Assembly (NCBI GenBank): GCA_001949185.1
Contig: BDGG01000001.1
Coordinates: 510,128-574,127, forward strand
Length of the DNA: 64,000 nucleotides
Origin: Ramazzottius varieornatus
Taxonomy: Eukaryota; Animalia; Tardigrada
Reading direction: 5' to 3'
The number at the start of each line of letters is the position of its first letter. Position 1 is the first letter of the stretch. Both the position numbers and the translations under genes were made by a program. A model generated the notes under the pieces. That model worked only from the letters and a program-made list of their open reading frames with translations, made no database searches and was not told the origin of the DNA. Positions 1-10,779 of the stretch are shown piece after piece.

Positions 1-3000
1 GAAGGTATTTCGTCAGTTTCATCCTACAGTTCCAGTTTCACAAAGCCATGTGTCAGGAAGCCGGCTACACTGGTCCACTGCATCGTTGCGATGTCTCCGC
101 ACCGGAACTGGGAGATGGCGGCAAACGAGCCGGAGCTCTCTTGGCGTGAGCAAATTTTTTTTCAACTGGAAAAGCATCGTCGAAGTGTATAATATCTTCA
201 CATTGACCAAGTATAAAAAATAAGTGTACCCAGCATGGTCATGAGCAACGGGCTTTTTCTCGTGCAGGAAAACTTTGAAAATGGGCTCGTCTCAACCATG
301 GACACAGGCTATCTCGGCCATCACGAATGGAAATTCCAGTCGAATGGACGCTGGTCCGCTGCTGGAGTTCTTTACACCAATGCAGCAGTGGCTGACGCAG
401 AAGAACGCTGAACTGGGCATCACTCCTGGCTGGAGCAAGGGTAGGAACTGCACATCGGTCCCGGAGAAGGTTCGGTGCAGTGCGGTGAATCAGTTTCACC
501 ATTCTTCACCGATTCAGTGAAAATTTCTTCTCCTCGGTGAAGAATGGTGAAAGCCTTGAAAGTGTGGCAGTGATTGACTAATTGACTGGCACGGTTACCA
601 CAATAGTCCGCGAGGGTTATCTGCATGTATGTACTGGTTGTAGCGAAAGTTTCTGCCGAGAAGTGCGTAATGAGCTATTGCAGAGCGTTTGCGGACCATC
701 GCGACAATCCTGTCAGTCGCTCAGTCGGTCAGTCGATCAGTGGCACACTTTCAAGGCTTTCACCATTCTTCACCGCGGTGAAAAAATTTTCACTGAATCG
801 GTGAAGGATGGTGAAAATGGTTCACTGCACCAAACCGAACCGTGCTAAGCAATCCTCAGTCTGTGCCTCTGTTTACCCAATGCATTCCCATTGGTTTTAT
901 CACGTGAAATGACCTGCGCCACATTTTGTGATTTCAACAGAGCCCGAATGTTCGGAGGAAACGGCGTTTCAAGCATGGCTGAACCTGCACAACAACGAAT
1001 CGAGCGTAGTCAAGTCGGCCGAGATGTTCGCCACGTGGGCCTACCAGACCAATATCACAAAAGCCAATGAGCTGGCAATGGTAAGGCTCCAACCGATCCC
1101 CAGCTGTTTATTTCCATTCAGCATAACTTTCATGAGGTATCAAGTGGATAAGTCGAAATAATTATCTGTTGGTGTAGTTGGAGGCAAGCAACGTCGCAGC
1201 TGCTTTTGCCAAGAGGAAGACCGAAGAAATGCTAGGACTGTTCCCGAACCCCGATGAAATCACCGATCCCCTTCTTCGTCGTGCCTACGAGAAACTGAGC
1301 AAGCTTGGTGACGCGGCTCTGTCCCCCGAAGACTTTGCCCGACTGGGAGCTATCAGAACGGAAATGGAGCAGGTCTATTCCGTGGCCAAGGTGTGCAACG
1401 ATACCAGTATCGGAATCGATATGGAGCGCTGTCCGCAACACCAACAGATGGCGCTCAGCCCCGAGATCACCGACATCCTGCACAGCAGTCGCGATCCTGA
1501 AGAGCTTCTGTACTACTGGAGTGCCTGGAGAGATGCCACCGGAAAGAAAATGCGCAGCAACTTCACCGAGTACGTCGGACTGAAGAACAAGGCAGCCGTC
1601 GCTGATGGTAACTATCCGTTGGTCCCTGTCATATAAAAATTCATCTGCTTATTACTGTAGGTAAGCAGGCAGAAAGCGCAGTTTCCTCATCGGAGCGCGC
1701 AGCGCTTGTTGGTCAAAATGACATGGTGGTAATTGCTACCTGGTCGATCCGGCCAGTAGTCATATGCTTGTCTCGGAGACTAAGCCTTGCATATCACACA
1801 GTACAAGCTTTGACAAGTCGAAACGACGAATGGCTCACTAGAAGGTACGGTCTACATCGGTTCTTGCCTATAGGTTACAAAGACAACGCCGAGGCATGGA
1901 GAGCTCCGTACGTCGAGCCATCCTACAATTATACTGACGCCGACTTCCTAGAAGATGCCGACCGTCTGTGGAATCAGATGAAACCGCTGTACCAACAACT
2001 CCACGCTTACATTCGATACAAGCTGTGGGAGCTTTATGGCAACAAGACCGTGCCTAGTTTGAACGGACCTATCCCCGCGCACCTCCTGAGTACGCTCCAG
2101 CTGAAACGGATAATTGAAAGGTGAACTGTTCAGTACCGACGATTTGAACTGCAGGTAATCAGTGGGCACAAACCTGGGTTGGTCTGCTGGACTTTACCGA
2201 ACCCTTCCCTGGCAAGCCTCAGCTTGATGTCACGCAAGAAATGCAAAAGCAAGGATGGACCGCGCGGAGGATGTTCAACGTCTCGGAAGAGTTTTTCACG
2301 GACCTCGGCCTGATCGGAATGCCGGAAGAGTTTTGGAAAATATCAATGATCGAAAAGCCTTCAGACCGGGAAGTCGTCTGCCATGCTTCCGCCGAGGACT
2401 TTTACGACGGCATACACTTTGGGTCAGTCTCTTTCCATTCCTTCCAAAGCCCCATTTCTCTTTTCTCCTTCAACAATTTATTACCGTACTGACTGCTTCA
2501 ACTTGCAGCATCAAGCAATGCACAGCAGTGACTATGTCGGACCTTCTGACCGTTCACCAGTAAGTCGACTCCATATTCTGGTACCGACTTGACATTTTTG
2601 ACGCGTTCTTTCCTTTGTAGTGAAATGGGACACGTTGAGTAAGTGGCTCGCTTTACACTACCTTCGGAAAAACCGGTAACGTCTTCTGTGGATGGGTGAG
2701 ACGAGTGAGGTGATCTTCCAGGTACTTTATCCAATACAAAGAGCAGTATATTGCTTTCCGTGATGGTGCAAATGATGGCTTTCACGAAGCCGGTAAGCAT
2801 CCTCTTAAAATCGGCCCTGATCGATACCACTTGTTGTGCAAACTCCGTGATTGCAGTCGGAGATGTGCTGTCCCTGAGCGTGTCCACACCCGGACATTTG
2901 GAGAAGCTCGATTTATTGACAGGCTACAACGCCACCGACGAAGGTTTGTCTTGGTCTGTGATTTTTGCAACCGATTCACAGGTTAGAATCCAACACAACC

Positions 3001-4250
3001 CTACTATAAAATTTTTGCAGATGCGGCAATCAACTTCATGTATTCAACAGCACTGAAAAAAATTGCTTTCTTGCCATTCGGCTTGGTGATGGACATGTGC
3101 GTCAAACTCTTCATTCTTGTTCGCCTACCCAGGATTCATGTTGTGATGGTTTGAGCAGGTACCGATATGACGTGTTCAATGGAAAAATCAGTATGCAGGA
3201 ACTCAACCGCAAGTGGTGGGAATACGTGTAAGTGTACTCTGTACTATGTACTGTATCAAAAAAAAAGGTAAGGTGGCATTGTCTTGAATGTCCTTTTTGT
3301 CGTCTATTGCAGTGTAAAGTATCAAGGTATCTGTCACGCGGTTCCTCGTGATGAGAGCGATTTTGATCCCGGTGCCAAGTTCCACACCGCCGCCGACGTT
3401 CCCTACATGCGGTACGCCGTGCTTCGATGCGTCATTTGTGCCTGTTTGTCCGATATACCTATGTATCATTCCTAGTCGACCTGTCAAACTGGCTGATATT
3501 TTGAGTGTTTACAGGTACTTTGTCAGCTTTGTCATCCAGTTCCAGTTTCACGAAGCACTGTGTGGAGTGGCCAACCACAGCGGTCCCCTGCATACTTGTG
3601 ATATTGATGGGTCGAAAGAGGCTGGAGCCATTCTTGGGTAAGACATCCAACGCACCATCCCCTTTTTATCCCGCTCATTTATTCCTCACGCAGCCAGGCG
3701 CTATCATTGGGCTCATCCAAGCCATGGCAAGAGGCGATGCGGATAATAACCGGTCAAGACCAGATGGATGCTCAGCCATTGTTATCGTACTTCAAGCCTC
3801 TGCAAGACTGGCTGCAAGCTGAGAACCGACGACTAAAGCAGACTGTCGGCTGGGTGGAAGGTATGCGCTTACAAGTTGTCAAAGATGTAGTCATTTCCAT
3901 CATTATCTTTCGCTTTTGCAGATGCCAGCTGTATCGAAGACGTAACCACAATGCCCACCATCCCAACAGTTTCCACACTTTCAACCGTCCCATCAGTATC
4001 GAGTTCGCAGACAATGTTCGTGAGCCCTATTACAGAGCCGGATGCAGGCGGGTCCACGAGTACCGATTCTTCCGCGTCTAGAACGACTACTCCGCCACCG
4101 GCCGCTACTTCGCCATCTGCGGAGGTAGCCTCAACGTCGACGACCAACGAGCCAGTGGAAAGTACCACAGCATCGGCCGGCAGCTTGTCGCTTCCTTTGT
4201 TGCTTCACGCGCTTGCACTTTACGCGCTCTTGTTCTGCGTGCGATTTTAG
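1..4250 (+). CDS. ACE: Angiotensin-converting enzyme-like peptidase (M2 family), multi-exon, 5'-truncated by the window. Contains the end of one M2 domain, a complete second M2 domain, a Ser/Thr-rich stalk and a hydrophobic C-terminus
   Basis: Spliced translation gives the ACE C-terminal motifs twice ([17 protein letters not shown]...MGSSQPW at 1-441; [17 protein letters not shown]...GSSKPW at 3515-3860). Also [55 protein letters not shown] and DFDPGAKFH. Stop at 4250 after [17 protein letters not shown]. Confidence 0.95.
469..841. mobile_element. MITE-like element with ~125-bp imperfect terminal inverted repeats, inside an ACE intron
   Basis: 469-595 (ggttcggtgcagtgcggtgaatcagtttcaccattcttcaccgattcagtgaaaat...) is the reverse complement of ~715-841 (...attttcactgaatcggtgaaggatggtgaaaatggttcactgcaccaaaccgaacc). 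Confidence 0.8.
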
Positions 4251-4487
4251 AATGTTTTTCGGCGACTGGCACGTGGTCAGGCTGCACAGGGAACGCGATG
4301 ACTGTTCGGCTGTGGTGTGTCGACGAAAATAAAATATGGTTATCGGCGGCTCAATTTGGGGACAATCGGTCACCGACCAAATTGTTGAAGGATTGGGTTT
4401 CAAGTTTCGGCACCCTAAGGCTAAGACATGAAAAAGCAGCCGGATGAATCAAACATTGAGTAACTCGAGTCCAACGTCTGTTTGGAC

Positions 4488-4745
4488 GTCTGACCAGTGG
4501 TCAAGCGGGTGCGACAGGAAAGTCTCGAGGGGTCTGAATTTTTGACTGAAAAAGTTCTGACTTCGGAATAACGTCATGCAGCTGAAAAATGCACCGGCAT
4601 CTGTTTCGACATCAAAACTTCATGCGAGAGTATATGAGGTAGTGTTCTGCCCTGAAATTCTCGAGAATATTTTCGCAAAAGGGCGAAAGCTTCAAGCCGG
4701 GGCGAAGCGTAGCGACGTCAGCACTCGATGCCCCTTAATTTTTCT
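4488..4745 (+). repeat. Dispersed ~260-bp repeat, copy 1 (copy 2 at ~51085-51350)
   Basis: Shared collinear blocks cgtctgaccagtggtca, aacgtca..cagc..aa..tgc...gcatctgtt..gaca and ggcgaagcgt.gcg...cgatgc.ctt. Confidence 0.6.
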
Positions 4746-6468
4746 GAGAACTTCATGTTAGAAAAAGCTCGTTCGGAGCCCATAAGGTTTGTCTCCAAAT
4801 TCACTGCTCTTGATTTGCTGGCTAATCCGCTCATGCTGAAAGAACTACACCCGGGTCCGAGGAAATGTTCGCATTGTCAAACCTTCGGAAAGGTAAGGGT
4901 TGTAGCGTGTAATAAGTGTTGGTCTTGTGGCACCTGTGAATGAAAATCACTCCTCTCTCCAGTTTATGACTTGATAATGACCAAAGTTCCAGCAGTTTGC
5001 GTCGAAAAAGAGGAAAGACAGAGTTTGAAACTGACCGAAGACGAGCTTTTTGATTTCGTTATGGTTGATAAGTTGGGAAGAGCCGTTCGGGACAACCTGG
5101 TCTCTTCTTTCGAAGAATTTTGTTGTGGTGGAGTTTGATTTTACACCCTGATGGCAGTTTCATCGCTCCTGTTAAGTTTGTTCCTGTTTGTTATTTTGTA
5201 TCGCTGCTTCCTCATTTTAGTAGAGACTATTGTCTTCAAATGAAGATTCTGCAGGAGTTTATTCCTGTAAGGAACTTTATCTACAAGTTGAACAATTGCT
5301 GGTATCTTTCCCTGTTCCAGAACAAAGTCTTTCCTTCTCCTACTCCTACGTATCACGACATATCAATCTAAACAATGAGCTCAAGCTTGATCGATGTTTT
5401 GAGGTACGAGGAGCGAAGTCTAACTTTTCTCACTGGTATACTTTACCCGGTCAAGTTCTGAAGGCGGCGCTGCCAATGCGAAATTAGCTGGCGTCCATCA
5501 GGTAGCTGACGACTCGGGAAAAGTGGGTAAAGTTTTAACCGTTCCGCATTCGCAATGCAGTGCAGGCCTTGATCCGATGATTGCCCATTCGGTCTGCGCC
5601 GAAGTACAGCACGGTGCCACGTTTTGAAGACAGTGTTTCATGTCGCCATATCTCCCTGAAACGTGGACATATTTCGCTGATTCTGCTTCCAGAACGCAAC
5701 CAAAGGCTCACTCCCGATGTCAAAGCCAAGGAGGGGAGAAGAAAACTAGCTGTAAGTTTAACCGACGCCCACCCCTCAAAACAACCGTTTTTCAGTCGGA
5801 AATTTTCACTTCCGCTGACGTCCTGCGCCATCAGAATACGAAAAAACGGCACTCGGTTGAACAAGCGCAACTCCTTCCTTTCGCATCTCTTCTCTCCCAC
5901 TCAGCTCTCAGAACTAAGAATTAGTTTCAAGCAACAGTCCAGTACCTGGAGAGTTTTGATCCGACCATTGTGGGCTGGAGTGTGAGGAAGAGAAGGTTCT
6001 CAAAATAATCGGGCGTCTCCTTGGTTTATCAACGGATATCAGGTGTATTGCAACAAAAAGGATACCCTACAGAATTCGCAGAGCCCGTTGAAGATCATCC
6101 CGCAAAGAACAGCCACACGCCAGGTAAATCTTGGAACATAAAAGGAAGCAAAGCAAGGATAGGCTTCACTGGTGCAGCTGACGAAGTCTTGCAAAACCAA
6201 AGCGTTTTCGCTTGGAAGTGGGTAAAGTTTTAGCTGTTCCGGTTTCGAATAAAAACGGTACAGTCTACCGAAGATTAACCGTCGGTAATGGGGTGACAGT
6301 TAAACGGGAGCTTAACTATCCTGTGACCTTTGGTTCTCGAATCTCTCCCCTCGTGATTTTCGACAAAATCTCTTTTTAGCCTGGCTCAACAAGAGGCAGG
6401 GTATTGGGAGATGGTTGGGAATTGATTTGAAAGGTTGGGTGCGGCAGGGTTTTCAGAAATCTTCAGTG

Positions 6469-7367
6469 TAGTGATGTTGGCATATATGAGTATTATATTA
6501 AATTAGATATTATTAGATGCTTTTTGCATCTGATATATTAACATTTGTTTGATGCCTAGGCCGAGGTGTAAAATTTATGAGTATTAAATCAGATGAAAGC
6601 CAGAGCTAGAATCATACTAAAATCATGCCGCAGGGCGCTCCGTATTAAAGTTATCAAAATGCGCATTTTGGCTTCAGTTGATCAAAGTAATGCTTGATTT
6701 GCGTCCGCAACAAGCGTGAAACTGTGCGCAGTGTGCTGTATGCCAGTAGATCTTACGCATCAAGCACCTGGGCGTGTGTTACCCTCACGAACGGTCGCAT
6801 GTGGTCACTTGATTGGATCAACTTATTTGATTGGTGAATGCAGGACTGCGATTTCGGGGACTAACTGGCATACGCGCCATTCACGCTGTGAAAAGCGCAT
6901 TGCATCGCGATGCCGCAATGCGTTTAGGATGGCTGTCATCCCAAGGATGCCAGCACGGCTTGAAAGAAGGACTTTCCCGAGCACCAGACAGAAGAGACAA
7001 CCGCCGCTAGAACTGCCGTTATTTTTGGACGGTTCCTTGGTAGTAAAAAAATAAATAAATGAATAAAAAAACTGATAATCCATGACCTTTCTATTGCTGG
7101 ATATGGATAAAACTGTTTTGCTGGTGAAATTTTTAAGGAAGAAAGTCATCTTTTCACGTTGACATGTGGATATGTGGATCTAAAAATGACTGAAATACTA
7201 TAATATATTATAATAAGAACCCAGCGACGCAATTTATTATGTTAAAATTACATTGGATGCTCTGCGGTCGGAGCATATTGTATTAAGATTACATTAGAAC
7301 TCTGGCAGCCCGGGCGTATTAAATCAAGATTATATTAGGTCGCGATACCCTCATGCCAACATCACTA
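6469..7367. mobile_element. Non-autonomous hAT-type DNA transposon (899 bp)
   Basis: Perfect 15-bp TIR TAGTGATGTTGGCAT / ATGCCAACATCACTA. Perfect 8-bp target-site duplication CTTCAGTG at 6461-6468 and 7368-7375. AT-rich subterminal repeats, no transposase ORF. Confidence 0.9.
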
Positions 7368-7507
7368 CTTCAGTGGGTAAAGTATTCACGATTGCGGCAA
7401 ACGGGTAAAGTTGGGTAAATTGTTTTTAGAATTAGCAACGAGGAAAAAGGCAAGTGCGAGCCTGACGTCACTAGCCGAACCGACGCGATTAGCATATGCG
7501 TAAGTTG

Positions 7508-8155
7508 CCGTAGAACCCGTATTCTAGCTTGTATAGCGTTACAGAAGAGGATCTACAAACTGGTTGCTTATTCAAGGGAACTCCAGATTTCACGTGCGGA
7601 AGGTGAAAAATGATGTTCCGAACCTCGTACCAGTGAGGAATGACCAAACTCGTGTTCATAGTATTTTCTGTAGTTTCTGACGGAATCTGTTACAGCGCCG
7701 CAATACGTATTATCAATTGCGGATTATCAAATTCAAAAATTTGCCCGAAAAGTTCGCTGTTTTCGTTGGTGGTAGCCTGTACAGTACGACCTTCGAGATG
7801 TTACAGTTCAACCGCCCGGTTTTTTTTGGACGGCTCGTATGTGCACCAGCCTGGCCACCACACTGTTCGCCCGAGACCGATCAGCTGATCGGATACACAC
7901 TTGAATACTTGATCAAGTCAACCCCGAACCAATCGTCGATCAGCTGATCGTGTTGCTCGACGTTTGGCGAGCCGTCCCATGCAAAACTGATGTACGGTCT
8001 CGGAAGAAGCAGTTGTCACATCTCGGAGGTAGAACTGTATAAGGTTCAAAACATCTATACCTTTTACACGTTAAATCTGGAGTTTCCTTGGATAACCGAC
8101 CAGTTTTTGGATCGTCTTCTGCAACTCTATACAGGCTAGAACACGGGTTCTACGG
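7508..8155. mobile_element. MITE with ~125-bp imperfect TIRs (CCGTAGAACCCG...CGGGTTCTACGG)
   Basis: 7508-7635 is the reverse complement of ~8035-8155. Possible 2-bp TG duplication. Internal palindromes cgatcagctgatcg occur twice. Confidence 0.8.
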
Positions 8156-8270
8156 TGAACGACCCGCCTTCGGGATTTCCTCCAGCTCCAGGAAGTGGTC
8201 ATTCGCCATTCTTCCTGATACTTTGTAGAAAGCTAAGGGTCTCAGCTATCACAAAAAAGCATTGGTTTCG

Positions 8271-8661
8271 TATGATGAGCAGGGTGATTCAAAATTCCAC
8301 AGTACTTTTACCGCGGGTCCATGCGCGGAGAAACTCCATGCGCGGTGAAATACTTTATCCGCGCATCCACCCGCGGATACAGTTTATTTAGCCGCGCAGC
8401 CACCCGCGGATAAAGGCATTTCACCGCGCATGTACCCGCGGATAAAGTCAGTTCATCCGCGCATCCATGCGCGGAGAAACAGTTAAACCGCGCATGGATG
8501 CGCGGAAAAACTAGTTTCTCCGCGCGTACACCTGCGGTGAAACTGTCGTCATAGTCCGCGGGTGGATGCGCGGAAAAAGTATTTCACCGCGCATGTAGTT
8601 TCTCTGCGCATGCACCCGCGGTAAAAGTACTGTGGACTTTTGAATCGCCCGGCTCATCGTA
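8271..8661. mobile_element. Foldback-like palindromic element with internal GC-rich ~33-bp modules
   Basis: The whole element is an imperfect palindrome (tatgatgagcagggtgattcaaaattccacagtac / gtactgtggacttttgaatcgcccggctcatcgta) with repeated ccgcgcatccacccgcgg units. Flanked by the direct repeat GTTTCG (8265-8270, 8662-8667). Confidence 0.85.
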
Positions 8662-9226
8662 GTTTCGTGATCGGCGAGTGAGATGGTCTGAAGGGTCCCT
8701 CGTCAGCACAATTCACATGTAGAAAATCGGCTTGGCCAAGTTAGCCAAGCCGACCTGCAGCTTGTGGATTGCGTCATGTGTCGGACATGCGAGATGTTGT
8801 TGCCAAGTCTAAAAAATCTGCTTGTGGCACCCCTGGAGTGCGCCATCCGCATTGATCAAAACGCGCTTTCTTTGTGCTACTACTTGCTTTTCTTGTTGTC
8901 AAAGGCTTGAATTCGGTGGTCACGCATGGTTTACAACCTCTGATTGTCAGACAAAGAGAAGAATATCGGTTGAATAATCTTTGCTCAAATATCTGGCAGG
9001 TTATTTGTACCGAAAACGCGGACCCAAAACTTGTTATGAAAACACGGTAAATTATCCACCTTCGAACGAAGTATGGATTGAGTTATCGGACTTTCAGCCT
9101 CGCTGCCTCACCAAGCACGGAGCATTCATTCTTATTTCTGCAGACGTACGATTCATATGTTGCAGCTTTTCCCTGAACTTTTTCCAGCAGCAGTTACTGA
9201 CTAGACAGCGAAAAAGTAGCTGAAAC

Positions 9227-10687
9227 ATGTTCAGCAAAAATCTTGCCGTTTTTATCACAGTATCGTTAAGTTTTTCAGCGGTCTGTATCTACGTGTTAAT
9301 TTCGTTCGAACAGATTAATGATGTCTTCGATTTTCGTCTGTCGGGTTTTGCCTCGCATTCGCACTGCGGGCGGACAGCAAAAGCCGAAATCATCTGCAAA
9401 GAAGACGCTGCCCAACGGACAGCGCCTGTTTGTCTTGGGTGCAACCGGCTTCTTGAATTCGGGGCAGAGTCCCTGGATCACAAGTGGCAGCCCTTCAACT
9501 GCAACATGCGAACATACTCCCTCACGGAGTAATTTGGTTTGATATCAAATTTTGTACCTCGAGCTTTCGCAAAACGTACACGCACGATGGGAAATTATGG
9601 GACAGTGAAAATTATTGGGACAGGCCTTTTCGCTACGGCGGTACGTAAGAACGAACCTACTCGACCGATTCACAGTAATGCAATTTTCGACTGTCACTTC
9701 TCTACGGTCGAATTTCCATTTTGCCTTGTATCCCGCTTGACCCATGAATTTACCATCGTGCGTGTACTGCGTTACTGTATTGTAGTTATCCGTCTGTAAT
9801 CCGGTTAAGATCATGACATGCATCATCTTATTACAGTCTTCGACGTGCCGTAGAGATGCTACGATCAAGAACCGATCGTTCTCATGTCGGCATACTCCTG
9901 ATTGGTGACTCTAGAATGCGACAGCTACAAACGGGCCTTCATCGCTTCTTGCTTGGCCAAAGTAATTATAAATTCACCGGATTCGCCGAAGAAACTCCAC
10001 CATCCATTTTCTGCGATCGTCCTGACGCCAACCAGTATCACTGGTTTAACGAAACCCTGCAGTCCTGTGAATTCAACCGAACATTCCATTCACCAAACCT
10101 TTCCCTGGCAAGGTGGTGGATTCCCCTCCTTGATGCGGGGACAACCAAACACAGGCTTCAGCGTTTATTAGACCGAGGAAATGGCAGTATGCCGCATGTA
10201 GTTGTACTGAGTGGCGGACTGTGGCTCATTCGAGATTGTTGGAACAGAAAAATTCCTTTCTCGGACTGCATGACTCAATATCGAAGGTGGCTCGAATAAT
10301 GCGATTGCTTGATATTCAACCACAATAGCTAACTGTTGGAACATCGATGTTAGGAATGTGACAAACCTGCTACCAATACTTGGAAAGGTCGCGCGTCACT
10401 CTGTGGTATTATGGACCTTGGAGTATCCAGTCATCTGGGAGCCCGCAGCGGCTCAGATGAACCGCAAACTAGAAATGCTGAATGATCTCCTACGAAAGGA
10501 CCTGGCTACCTCTCCGGTCAAAATATGGGAATCTTACAGCCAGGCATACGACATGGGAGGTGATACGCCTGACGGGTGTCACTTCGGATGGAAAGGACTG
10601 ACTTTGCTCATGCAGATCTTTCTGAATTTTCTTGTTGACAGGGTCGACACCAACGACCAGCATGTCTGTTGTAGTTCGCAGTCTTAA
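9227..10687 (+). CDS. Type II membrane SGNH/PC-esterase-family protein (CASD1 N-terminal/PCED1-like putative O-acyl esterase or transferase), 3 exons
   Basis: N-terminal TM (LAVFITVSLSFSAVCIYVLISF), WQPFNCNMRTY, GDS motif (LLIGDSRMRQL), VVVLSGGLW and DxxH (PDGCHF). Exons ~9227-9528, ~9836-10275, ~10354-10687. Confidence 0.8.
9579..9764. mobile_element. ~190-bp MITE, CAC...GTG termini flanked by TA, in intron 1 of the PC-esterase gene
   Basis: TIR cacgcacgatgggaaattatggg / cccatgaatttaccatcgtgcgtg. Internal sequence shared with copies at 49663-49810 and 55507-55702. Confidence 0.8.
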
Positions 10688-10779
10688 ACCACCTGTCGGC
10701 ATAAAAGGCAATGACTGTAGGTACTGGAGAATACTGCCTTGACAAGTGAGTCGATTCTTCGTAATTAGCTTGATCATCG

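Noticed and set aside
4728-5490. Zinc-finger-like fragment (CSHC...CNKC..CGTC) and short ORFs
   Set aside because: No coherent exon chain or recognisable family; possibly a TE remnant, but unsupported
8300-8630. CRISPR-like spaced repeats
   Set aside because: The repeats are degenerate modules in an inverted arrangement within a TIR element, in a eukaryotic context with no cas genes
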